A DNA stretch of 64,000 nt. Source: Patescibacteria group bacterium (GTDB taxonomy: Bacteria; Patescibacteriota; Minisyncoccia; Phycocordibacterales; WO2-35-19). The stretch covers positions 884-64,883 of the forward strand of contig JBBUFS010000004.1 of assembly GCA_038056395.1 (NCBI GenBank), given 5' to 3'. This document shows, piece by piece, positions 52,420 to 61,345 of this stretch; within the stretch, counting starts at the first letter, position 1, and each line of letters begins with the position of its first letter. The notes beneath the pieces were generated by a model. The model ran no database searches, had not been told where the DNA came from, and saw nothing but the letters and a program-made list of their open reading frames with translations. Position numbers and translations under genes: made by a program.

Positions 52420-53911
52420 GTAAAGATTTTAATCTATTATATCTCTTTGCCGACAATTGAAAAAATTTCTTTAACCAGACTATAGTTCGCACTTCAACTG
52501 GCCAGCGCCAAAAGTTGTTTTTGAATCGAAAAATAATCAGGATTCTAAATAATTTAATCAGCAGATGCCGCGCGACATTTTTTGGCGATTTGTCAGTCAG
52601 AGATTTCAATCTCTTGCCATACCAGGCAAATGGACTCAGCTCGTGGATAATTTCATATTCTTTGTGGTTTTTAATCCAGGGCAGGCGCGCCTTGCCCCAA
52701 AAATAGCTTCCCCATTCTTCCAGTGTTTGAGGCGGTTTAAACCCCAAGTCCAAGGCTTTATTAAATAAAATCGTACCAGGATATGGAATATAAATCCATA
52801 AAGGATAAAAGGCGGCCTTGTTGTAAATTTTTTGCAATTTTAATATCAGGTCAACGGTTTCTTGTCTCTCGGTTATAGTTTCAGTCGGCCAGCCAATGAC
52901 AAACGACAGCATTAATTTTAAATCCAGAGATTTGGCCACTTCTACCGCCTTGATAGTTTGTTCAACCGTAATGCCTTTTCGGATAACCTCCCGCAAAATA
53001 CGGTCGGAACCGCTTTCGCAGCCCACCCGCAGTTCGCATAAACCGCTGTCTTTCAATTCTTTCAAAAAAACATAATCAAAATAATCCACTCGGGCGTCAA
53101 TTGAATATTTTATTTTAAGTTTTTTTTCTTTTATAAGTCGCCCGAATTCCAAAGCGCGACTCCGGTCTACCACAAAATTGTCATCGTGAATAACAAAATA
53201 ATTTATGCCATAATTTTTGTGCAAAAATTCCAGCTCTTCAAAGGCCTTTTGAGCAGTCTTGGCCCGCCATTTGCGTTTGTTAAAAAATAAGTTATAGCAA
53301 AAACTGCACGGGAAAGGGCATCCTTTGCTGGTATAAAAATCTATTACCCGTTCGCCGGGATTATGCGACAGAGCTTTAACATAACGCTCCACTGGAATTA
53401 AATCCCAAGCCGGCCTGGGCAATTCGTTCATATCAAGAAAATCTTCCGAAATTTTATTTATTCTAGCCCGGCCTTTTTCTTTCCAACCCAAATTTTCTAT
53501 ATTATCAAAAAACAAATTGTGTTCCAATGTTTCTAATAACAATTTCAATGTTTTCTCTCCTTCATTAATAACAACAAAGTCAATTGAGGGGTGCGCCAAA
53601 GTTTGCTCCGGAAAAAAAGTGGGGTGAATGCCGCCGACTATTATTTTTACATTTGAATCAATAGCTCTTATTTTTTGGCTGATTTTTATAATTTGCAAAA
53701 TGCAGCTGCCTGTCAGCATGCTAAAACCAACGGCCAAAGGTTTTTTCTCTTTAATTAAATCGCAAAGCTTATCTGCCGAACTGAAACGCAAATCAACAAT
53801 TTGGACATCAAAATCGCCTCTTATGTAAGCGGCCAAACTTATTAAACCAAGCGGCGCATAAGCCGCCTCATTTAACCCGTTTTCCGGCTGAATCAAAATA
53901 ATTTTTCTCAT
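52412..53911 (-). CDS. Cobalamin(B12)-binding-domain radical SAM enzyme (second copy, class B-like)
   Basis: ILIQPE...LGLISLAAY...VGFSMLTG...IIVGGIHPT (B12-binding-like) and YTSKGCPFPCSFCYN (CxxxCxxC); 499 aa. Confidence 0.75.
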   Translation of the reverse strand: MRKIILIQPENGLNEAAYAPLGLISLAAYIRGDFDVQIVDLRFSSADKLCDLIKEKKPLAVGFSMLTGSCILQIIKISQKIRAIDSNVKIIVGGIHPTFFPEQTLAHPSIDFVVINEGEKTLKLLLETLEHNLFFDNIENLGWKEKGRARINKISEDFLDMNELPRPAWDLIPVERYVKALSHNPGERVIDFYTSKGCPFPCSFCYNLFFNKRKWRAKTAQKAFEELEFLHKNYGINYFVIHDDNFVVDRSRALEFGRLIKEKKLKIKYSIDARVDYFDYVFLKELKDSGLCELRVGCESGSDRILREVIRKGITVEQTIKAVEVAKSLDLKLMLSFVIGWPTETITERQETVDLILKLQKIYNKAAFYPLWIYIPYPGTILFNKALDLGFKPPQTLEEWGSYFWGKARLPWIKNHKEYEIIHELSPFAWYGKRLKSLTDKSPKNVARHLLIKLFRILIIFRFKNNFWRWPVEVRTIVWLKKFFQLSAKRYNRLKSLHG

Positions 53912-53915
53912 TAGA

Positions 53916-55010
53916 TTAAATATTGAAAGATTTTCTATATAAATCCAAATTTTGCTCTTTGTCCGGCAAAGCTAAAACATTTTTTCTGGCCTCTTCGCCT
54001 ATTTTTATGCCAAAGTCCCTATTTTGAATCAGTTTTATCATTGCTGCCGCCAGTGCTTTTTCATCGTCAACTTTTATGATAATTCCGCTTTCTTTATTTT
54101 CAATTATCTCGCCGGCACATCCTACATCAGTCATAATTATGGGCAAACCAAAACTGGCCGCTTCAACAACCACCATTCCCCAACCTTCATAATTTGAAGT
54201 AAGCAGAAAAGCGTCGGCTTGTTTATAAAATTCTTCTAAATTATTTTGCCATCCCAAAAATTTTATTTTATTTTCTATTTTTAATTTTTTACTTAAATTT
54301 TCCAGTTTATTTCTTTCTGGTCCGTCACCCGCAATCAAAAGATTGATATTAGAATAGTTTTTTATAACTTCTTTCATCACCTGAATCTGCAGAGAAATAT
54401 TTTTTACATTTACCAATCTGCCGGCCGTTAAAAATATAAATTTATTATTTTCTTTTTTGTTTTTTTCGCTCAAATCTTTTTCACTGATTGGCGAGTAAAT
54501 CGGCACCACCATGATTTTTTCTGACATCAAACCAAGTTTAATTAAACTGTCTTTTGTTCTTTTGCTAACCACTCTGACCGAATCGGCTTTTTTAAGCAGA
54601 AATTTTCCCAAATAATATCTTAATCCGTTCAAAAAGCTTTCTTTCCGCCAGTATGGAGAACCGAAATAATCTCCGTGAATTTGAATTTGTAATTTTAATT
54701 TGTATTTTTTAGCCAACAGCCAAGCGACAAATCCCAACTCAAAAGGATCTTGGGCGCTAACAATATCGTGGATGTATTTATTGATCATTTTCTTGCCCAA
54801 AAAATAAGCGCTAAACAAATAATTCAATTTGCTGAATGAATTGGTCGGGGCGATAAGTATATTTTCAAATTCAAGACTTTTATAACCGCGCGGCGTTAAA
54901 ACAATAAGGTCAAACCTTTCAAATAAATTGGCATAGTCCAAAACTCTTTGCCGAGATTTTGATTCTTCTGAAAACAGTTTTTTTTCCAAACTGATGCTTA
55001 AAATTTTCAT
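53916..55010 (-). CDS. Glycosyltransferase family 4 (GT-B, group 1)
   Basis: FLTAGRLVNVKNISLQIQVM...LLIAGDGPE...FLLTSNYEGWGMVVVEAASFGLPIIMTDVGCAGEII (E-x7-E region). Confidence 0.8.
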   Translation of the reverse strand: MKILSISLEKKLFSEESKSRQRVLDYANLFERFDLIVLTPRGYKSLEFENILIAPTNSFSKLNYLFSAYFLGKKMINKYIHDIVSAQDPFELGFVAWLLAKKYKLKLQIQIHGDYFGSPYWRKESFLNGLRYYLGKFLLKKADSVRVVSKRTKDSLIKLGLMSEKIMVVPIYSPISEKDLSEKNKKENNKFIFLTAGRLVNVKNISLQIQVMKEVIKNYSNINLLIAGDGPERNKLENLSKKLKIENKIKFLGWQNNLEEFYKQADAFLLTSNYEGWGMVVVEAASFGLPIIMTDVGCAGEIIENKESGIIIKVDDEKALAAAMIKLIQNRDFGIKIGEEARKNVLALPDKEQNLDLYRKSFNI

Positions 55011-55019
55011 TTTTATATA

Positions 55020-55745
55020 TTATAATCTGCCGTTTAACTTATACCTTAAGCGAAAAATATCAACAAACATTCTTATTGAATCGCCAAAAAGCGACACTTT
55101 AGAATTTCTGTTGTCTCGCCAGATAATATCTATTGGTTGAATTTTAAGGCCATGAACTAAAGATACAATAATTAGTTCAGTATCAATAAAAAAACCGTTT
55201 TCACTTAAAAAAGGCATAATCAAATTAAATTTTTCTTTGCTAATAGCTTTAAAGCCGCATTGATGGTCAATAAAAGGCGATTTGAAAATAATTTGAACCA
55301 TAAAATTAAAAACTTTTGAAGCAAACCTCCTGGTTATTTTGTCCGAAAACACTTGCGATTTTTGCCCCCGCCTATTACCTATGGCCATATCGTTTTTGCC
55401 TATAGCTATGCTTTCTATGAGGGGCTTAAGAAAATTTAAATCAGACGCCAAATCTATATCCATAAAGGCGAGAATATCCACGTCGCTTTTTGACCAAGCT
55501 GTTCTTATAGCCAAACCTTTACCTTTCTGTCCAATTTTAAGGCAGCGAACTTGATTGTATCTGTGGGATAATTCCCTGCAGATATCCTGCGAATTATCAG
55601 TGCTGGCGTTGTCTGCTAAAGTGATTGAATAATCATATGGAAAATTTGATTGGCGTAAAAAATCCGCGAGTGTTTTTACGGATTTTTCCAAAATTTTCTC
55701 TTCATTATAAAGGGGAATAACAATATCAACCTTCATTTCTGCCAT
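55020..55745 (-). CDS. Glycosyltransferase family 2 (Dpm1/GtrB-like)
   Basis: VDIVIPLYNEEKIL ... ADNASTDNS ... MDIDLASD (DxD). Start placed at the internal Met (MAEMKVDIV) to avoid overlap with the upstream gene; the track ORF extends to 55823. Confidence 0.75.
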   Translation of the reverse strand: MAEMKVDIVIPLYNEEKILEKSVKTLADFLRQSNFPYDYSITLADNASTDNSQDICRELSHRYNQVRCLKIGQKGKGLAIRTAWSKSDVDILAFMDIDLASDLNFLKPLIESIAIGKNDMAIGNRRGQKSQVFSDKITRRFASKVFNFMVQIIFKSPFIDHQCGFKAISKEKFNLIMPFLSENGFFIDTELIIVSLVHGLKIQPIDIIWRDNRNSKVSLFGDSIRMFVDIFRLRYKLNGRL

Positions 55746-55758
55746 TATAACAGGCAAA

Positions 55759-56808
55759 TTACAATCCCTCAATAGCTCTAATAATATCGCGGCCAAGTTT
55801 AATGGGAGATAATTTTTCTTCATATAAATGGTACCCGTTATTTGCGATTTTTTGTATTAAATTCTCATCATTTTTCAATTCCAATATTTTCTTCGCCAAG
55901 TCCTTCGGGTCGGCATTGTTTGCCATCAAACAATTTTCCCTATCAGTTAATAATTCTGAAACCGCGGCATTTTGACCAGTAACATATGGCAAACCCATAG
56001 CTAACGATTCAAAGGCCTTATGCGGAATTGTCCTCTGCAAACGAACATGGTTTCCGAATTGACCCAAGGAAACATGGCATTCAAGCATTTTCTCCCGCAA
56101 TTCATTAATTGGTAAATATTGATTAACCCATTTAAGGTTGTTTGGCTTTAAGGACTTAATTAGCGATTCAATATTTTCCTCCACCACACCACTACCTATA
56201 ATAAGAAATTCTACGTTGTTGTCTTCTAAAAGTTTTGCCGCCTGAACAATATATTCAATCCCCGCTTCCGGCAAAAACATACCTCTGAATAAAACCTTGA
56301 ATTTCTCTCTTTTTTTAATATCTGAATCGAGATGAAATATTTCTTCATCTGTTCCCGTAAAAATTCTGACGACCTTTTCACCTGATAAATTAAATTTTTT
56401 TATAAAATAATTTTTTTGAGCTTCTGACTCAACCAAGATCAAATCGGCGCATTTTGCCGCCAACCAATCAATAAATAAAACCGACCATTTCATAAAAAAA
56501 TTATATTTATATAAATTTCTGGAGAGAATTTCGCCTTCATATAAAGTGCATAGGGCATCAAAAATTACGGGCTTTTTGGAAATAAGTTTGGCCAACCAAA
56601 CAACCACATGGCCGGGATAACCGACTATCAAATAATCGTAATCATTTCTGATTTTCCAGTGTTTAAAAAATAATCTGACAAATTTTATGAACCCGCGCGA
56701 AGCATCGCGGCATTCTATGATTTCAACGCCATTTTGCTTCAACCCGTCAATATAGGTCTTATTGCGGCCAAAATCAGGCCTATATATGCCAAAATAGCAG
56801 ATTTTCAT
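55759..56808 (-). CDS. GT-B-fold glycosyltransferase (GT1/GT4-like); paralogue of 61346..62395
   Basis: 349 aa, N-terminus MKICYFGIYRPDFGRN; C-terminal ...FRGMFLPEAGIEYIVQAAKLL...FLIIGSG...FESLAMGLPYVTG. Confidence 0.6.
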   Translation of the reverse strand: MKICYFGIYRPDFGRNKTYIDGLKQNGVEIIECRDASRGFIKFVRLFFKHWKIRNDYDYLIVGYPGHVVVWLAKLISKKPVIFDALCTLYEGEILSRNLYKYNFFMKWSVLFIDWLAAKCADLILVESEAQKNYFIKKFNLSGEKVVRIFTGTDEEIFHLDSDIKKREKFKVLFRGMFLPEAGIEYIVQAAKLLEDNNVEFLIIGSGVVEENIESLIKSLKPNNLKWVNQYLPINELREKMLECHVSLGQFGNHVRLQRTIPHKAFESLAMGLPYVTGQNAAVSELLTDRENCLMANNADPKDLAKKILELKNDENLIQKIANNGYHLYEEKLSPIKLGRDIIRAIEGL

Positions 56809-56840
56809 AAAGCGTAATTATGTGATATATTAGCATAATT

Positions 56841-57899
56841 ATGGGGAAAATTCCTAATAAATTAGCTGGTACAATGCTGGTTTTTGGCGGTGCCGGATTC
56901 ATAGGATCAAATTTTATACGATATATTTTGGATAAAAACGGGGCAGTAAAGATCGTAAATATTGATCTGCTCACCTATTCGGGAGATCTTCAAAACCTCA
57001 AAGATGTTGAAAAAAATTCAAACTACACGTTTATTAAGGGTGATGTGGCAGATACCATTCTCGTTAATCGTTTAGCCAAAAAATACAAACCGGATTATAT
57101 AATAAATTTTGCAGCTGAAACTCATGTGGACAGAAGCATTCATGTTGGGGCTCGGGAATTTATAGAAACAAACATTGTCGGTGTTTTTAATATACTTGAA
57201 GCGATAAAAACATATAAAGTTAAAAAATATGTTCAGGTGAGTACCGACGAGGTTTACGGATCGCTTCCTTTGGATTCAAAAAATAAATTTGACGAATCAA
57301 GCCCCATTCTTCCAAACGCTCCTTACGCGGCCACAAAAGCGGGAGGAGATTTGTTATGTAATGCTTATTACTCTACCTGGAAATTACCGGTAGTGGTAAC
57401 CCACTGCTCAAACAATTACGGCCCTTACCAGTATCCGGAAAAGCTTATTCCTTTTTTTGTTTTAAGAATGATTGAAAATAAAAAGCTGCCGATGTACGGG
57501 GACGGTAAAAATGTCAGGGACTGGATTCATGTGGAGGATCACTGCCGAGCTCTTGAATTGTGTTTGTTAAACGGAGTACCTGGACAGGTATACAACATCG
57601 GAGCCGATAATGAAAAAAATAACTTGGAAATCGCAGGCCTTATCCTTTCTTTTTTTGGGCGGGACAAATCATGGCTTGAGTTTGTTTCCGACCGCCCGGG
57701 GCATGATCGCCGATATGCCATAAACAATTCAAAAATAAAAAGAGAACTTGGGTGGAAACCTTTGAAAGAATTCGATGAAGAATTTAAAAAAACCGTAAAC
57801 TGGTATATTGAAAATCCGAAATGGATCGATCATATTAGAAAAAAAACCAATGTCTTTAATCCCCATATTGATTTATGGAGAAAACATAAAATAAAATGA
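56841..57899 (+). CDS. rfbB: dTDP-glucose 4,6-dehydratase
   Basis: MLVFGGAGFIGSNFIRYIL...DLLTYSGDLQNL...FAAETHVDRSI...VSTDEVYG...YAATKAGGDLL...YGDGKNVRDWIHVEDHC; the actual start may be the Met at 56874. Confidence 0.9.
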   Translation: MGKIPNKLAGTMLVFGGAGFIGSNFIRYILDKNGAVKIVNIDLLTYSGDLQNLKDVEKNSNYTFIKGDVADTILVNRLAKKYKPDYIINFAAETHVDRSIHVGAREFIETNIVGVFNILEAIKTYKVKKYVQVSTDEVYGSLPLDSKNKFDESSPILPNAPYAATKAGGDLLCNAYYSTWKLPVVVTHCSNNYGPYQYPEKLIPFFVLRMIENKKLPMYGDGKNVRDWIHVEDHCRALELCLLNGVPGQVYNIGADNEKNNLEIAGLILSFFGRDKSWLEFVSDRPGHDRRYAINNSKIKRELGWKPLKEFDEEFKKTVNWYIENPKWIDHIRKKTNVFNPHIDLWRKHKIK

Positions 57900-58621
57900 A
57901 GGGCATAATCTTAGCTGGAGGCAAAGGCACCCGCCTGCTACCTCTCACCAAAATCACCAATAAGCATCTACTACCCCTCTTTAACCGAGCGATGATAGAT
58001 TATCCTCTGCAGACTCTCCTTCGGGCCGGTATCAAAGATATTTTGGTTGTCTCAGGCAGAGAACATGCAGGAGATTTCATTGAATACCTCGGTTCAGGTA
58101 AGGATTTCGGCGCCAAACTAACTTATAAAGTCCAGGAAGATGCCGGAGGTATCGCTCAAGCACTTTTGCTTGCCGAAGATTTCAGTTGTGGTGATTTCGT
58201 TACTGTTATATTGGGCGATAATGTATTTGGAAACAGCTTCTCGAACAAGCTTAAAAATTTTACAGGAGGAGCGAAAGTTTTCTTGAAAAAAGTTTTCGAC
58301 CCGGAACGTTTTGGTGTAGCAGTTTTGAGTGGCAAAAAAGTAACCGAAATAATAGAAAAACCGAAAAAAGCTCCGTCAAATTTTGCTGTCACCGGCGTTT
58401 ATCAGTACGATAACAAAGTGTTTAATATCATAAAAACACTCAAACCTTCCGCTCGGGGCGAATTTGAACAAACAGATGTAAATAATGTTTATATAAATAA
58501 GGGTGAGATGAAAGCCGAATTTATTTCTGGTTTTTGGTCCGATGCGGGGACTTTTGATTCAATGTTTAAAACAATTAACTGGGCAGTTAAAAAAAACGAT
58601 CATGAAAATAAAACTAAATAA
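57896..58621 (+). CDS. rfbA: Glucose-1-phosphate thymidylyltransferase (short form)
   Basis: MKGIILAGGKGTRLLPLTKITNKHLLPLFNRAMIDYPLQTLLRAGIKDILVV ... VILGDNVF ... EKPKKAPSNFAVTGVY. Confidence 0.85.
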   Translation: MKGIILAGGKGTRLLPLTKITNKHLLPLFNRAMIDYPLQTLLRAGIKDILVVSGREHAGDFIEYLGSGKDFGAKLTYKVQEDAGGIAQALLLAEDFSCGDFVTVILGDNVFGNSFSNKLKNFTGGAKVFLKKVFDPERFGVAVLSGKKVTEIIEKPKKAPSNFAVTGVYQYDNKVFNIIKTLKPSARGEFEQTDVNNVYINKGEMKAEFISGFWSDAGTFDSMFKTINWAVKKNDHENKTK

Positions 58622-59441
58622 AGTACTCATAACGGGAGCGGACGGAATGGTGGGGAGTTATGCCGATTTTGGAATTAAAACAAACAGAAGGTCTCTGGAT
58701 GTAATCGACCTCAAGGAGGTTTTAGCTGTATGCAAAAAATATAAGCCCGAAGCCATTATTCATCTAGCGGCCGAAACCGATGTCGATAGGTGCGAACGAG
58801 ATCCGGAGTATGCTTACACGGTAAATTCTATTGGCACCTATAATATGGCAGTGGCCGCTAAAGAATTAGGTATTAAATTAGTCTATGTTTCCACTGCTGG
58901 AGTATTCGATGGTCAGAAAAAGACTCCTTATAACGAAAAAGATGAACCTAACCCCCAAAATTATTATGGCCGGTCGAAATTTTTAGGAGAGCTGATAATC
59001 AAAGGAATGTTGAAAGACTATATTATTGCACGAGTGTGTTGGATGTTTGGAGGCGGGCCGGAAAAAGACCAGAAATTTGTAGCAAAAATAATCAGGCAGT
59101 TAGATAAAAAAGAAATTAAAGTTGTTACTGATCAAATTGGTTCGCCTACTTTTGGTAAAGATCTCATTACTAGCATAAAAAAACTTATCAAAAAAGATGC
59201 AAAAGGAATATATAATCTTGCTAATCGAGATATTTGTTCGAGATATGAGTTTGCAGAGGCTATTGTAAAAATTTTAAAAAAGAATACAAAAATATTACCA
59301 GTTAAAATGAATGATTTTAAAATGGACGCTTTCCGAACATATAATGAGAGTATGGTTTCAAAAATTAAAACCCAAAGAAATTGGCAGGGTGCCTTAAAAG
59401 AATACTTGGAAACGGAGTGGAAAAGTTATGAAAAAATTTAA
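58602..59441 (+). CDS. rfbD: dTDP-4-dehydro-6-deoxyhexose reductase (RmlD family)
   Basis: VLITGADGMVGS...IIHLAAETDVDRCERDPEYAYTVNSIGTYNMA...YGRSKFLGE. Start at the internal Met MKIKLNKVLITG; the track ORF begins at 58542 and overlaps rfbA. Confidence 0.75.
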   Translation: MKIKLNKVLITGADGMVGSYADFGIKTNRRSLDVIDLKEVLAVCKKYKPEAIIHLAAETDVDRCERDPEYAYTVNSIGTYNMAVAAKELGIKLVYVSTAGVFDGQKKTPYNEKDEPNPQNYYGRSKFLGELIIKGMLKDYIIARVCWMFGGGPEKDQKFVAKIIRQLDKKEIKVVTDQIGSPTFGKDLITSIKKLIKKDAKGIYNLANRDICSRYEFAEAIVKILKKNTKILPVKMNDFKMDAFRTYNESMVSKIKTQRNWQGALKEYLETEWKSYEKI

Positions 59442-60729
59442 ACTCAAAAAAAGATGCGGGATGTGCAGTGGTAAAGATTTTTTTGAAATTCTTAACATCG
59501 GGGAAATGCCTCCGGCTAACGCTTTTTTAGAGAAAAAGGATTTTGATAAGGAAGAGAGTTTCCCTTTGGGTGTGCAGCTATGTAAAAATTGCAAATCTTT
59601 ACAGCTCCGCCAGGTAATTTCTCCCAAGCTTATTTTTCAGGATTATTGTTATGCAACAAGAGCAAGCAAACCGCTGGTGGAACATTTTCATCGGCTAGCA
59701 GAAGAGATTGCAAATAATTATGTCCAATCTTCAAATGATCTTGTAATAGAGATCGGCAGTAATGATGGTGCCTTATTATCAAAAATTAAAGATCGATGTC
59801 GAGTATTGGGAATTGATCCAGCGAGCAATATGGCAAAGACCGCTATCCAAGAAGGGGTACCAACTCTTGTTGAATTTTTTGACACCAAACTTTCAGAAAA
59901 AATCAAATCTGAAATGAAAGAAGCAAGGGTAATAGTGGCAAATAATGTAATGGCTCATATAGAAGACCTTAGAGATGTCTTTTCCGGCGTAAAAAAACTG
60001 CTCTCGCCGGAAGGAAAATTTATTTTTGAAGTCCATTGGGTCGGCAATCTCTTAAATGAAGGAGGATTTGATCAGATATACCATGAACATCTTTACTACC
60101 ATTCATTGCATAGTTTGCAGGTATTATTAAATTCTTTGGGTATGACAGTAAACGATGTAAAATTAGTGCCCATTCATGGAGAATCTATAAGAGTTTATGC
60201 GGGAAATTCAGGAACATCTTCTGAAGCGGTACGCAAACTTTTGGATTGTGAAATTGAAATGGGACTTTTAGATACAAAAACTTATCAAAATTTTTCCAAA
60301 AAGGTTGAATCAAACAAAGGAAAACTTAATAAACTTCTAGCAAAGCTGAAAAAAGACGGCAAAAAAATAGTGGGTTATGGGGCGCCAGCCAAAGGTAATA
60401 CATTGTTAAATTATTTTAAGATAGGACCGGAGATACTAGATTACATAACCGACACTACTCCTTCTAAGCAAGGCAAATATACTCCTGGGACTCATATTTT
60501 AGTTGTCTCTCCGGAAATATTATTGAAAGATCTCCCTGATTACGCACTTCTGCTTTCTTGGAATTATGCTGATGCAATACTAGAGAAAGAAAAGGAACTA
60601 AGAAAAAAAGGTTTAAAATTCATTATTCCTGTTCCAGAAGTTAGGATTGTAGAACTTTGCAATGATAAACCATTCGAAAACCTAGCAAATTTTTCCATAA
60701 ATTCGGTAGCCAAGGCAATAATCCCCTAA
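59428..60729 (+). CDS. NDP-hexose C-methyltransferase (TylC3/NovU-like; zinc-ribbon N-domain + MTase + C-methyltransferase C-terminal domain)
   Basis: CGMCSGKDFFEILNIGEMPPANAF...CKNCKSLQL (Cys4 ribbon), VIEIGSNDGALL (motif I), C-terminal domain ...IVGYGAPAKGNTLLNYF... Confidence 0.75.
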   Translation: MKKFKLKKRCGMCSGKDFFEILNIGEMPPANAFLEKKDFDKEESFPLGVQLCKNCKSLQLRQVISPKLIFQDYCYATRASKPLVEHFHRLAEEIANNYVQSSNDLVIEIGSNDGALLSKIKDRCRVLGIDPASNMAKTAIQEGVPTLVEFFDTKLSEKIKSEMKEARVIVANNVMAHIEDLRDVFSGVKKLLSPEGKFIFEVHWVGNLLNEGGFDQIYHEHLYYHSLHSLQVLLNSLGMTVNDVKLVPIHGESIRVYAGNSGTSSEAVRKLLDCEIEMGLLDTKTYQNFSKKVESNKGKLNKLLAKLKKDGKKIVGYGAPAKGNTLLNYFKIGPEILDYITDTTPSKQGKYTPGTHILVVSPEILLKDLPDYALLLSWNYADAILEKEKELRKKGLKFIIPVPEVRIVELCNDKPFENLANFSINSVAKAIIP

Positions 60730-61336
60730 ATGTGAAGCCGTCGGATACGGGAGCAAAGACAACTTCAAGCCCCAAAGCCGAAAGCCAATCCAAAAAATCA
60801 ATATGGGACCAGTAACGCAGATGCTCTGACGGGTGATAAATCCACTGAGTAAAAAATCTGCCCCCAAACATCAGTCCGTAACGAAATTGATAAGAGGCGC
60901 TGTTGGGAACAGTTATCAAAAAATATTTAGTACAGGGTTTTAAGGCTTTGATAATCTGTTCTGGATTGCGAGTGTGTTCTAGAACTTCGCTTAAAATTAA
61001 ATAATCAAATTGGTCTGGTAATTTTATACTGTCAATTTTTTCCAGATTAATTTCAAAACTGTTTATCCCCAATTCCCGATATTGATCAAGAACCGTTTTT
61101 GAGATATCAGCCACTGAAACCATACAATTTTTTTCTTTTAATTTGAGTGGCAGCAGCGAATTGCCACAACCAATATCGGCTATTTTGGATTTAGTTGGAA
61201 TAATATCAAGCATGATTTTCTCTCTGGGTTTCAATCCGGAATTAAGCTTCCAACCACGAAATTGCCAATAATCGTTATAATCGATTTCTTTTACATTTTG
61301 AAAATCCGGTTTTCTGATCCAAGGTGATGAAAACAT
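60641..61336 (-). CDS. Class I SAM-dependent methyltransferase
   Basis: IADIGCGNSLLPLKL (motif I), FDYLILSEVLEHTRNPEQIIKAL. Its 3' end overlaps the convergent C-methyltransferase gene by about 89 nt. Confidence 0.65.
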   Translation of the reverse strand: MFSSPWIRKPDFQNVKEIDYNDYWQFRGWKLNSGLKPREKIMLDIIPTKSKIADIGCGNSLLPLKLKEKNCMVSVADISKTVLDQYRELGINSFEINLEKIDSIKLPDQFDYLILSEVLEHTRNPEQIIKALKPCTKYFLITVPNSASYQFRYGLMFGGRFFTQWIYHPSEHLRYWSHIDFLDWLSALGLEVVFAPVSDGFTFRGLLPWLPNLWKNLLGFRMVYHCKVLQS

Positions 61337-61345
61337 GGTACAAAT

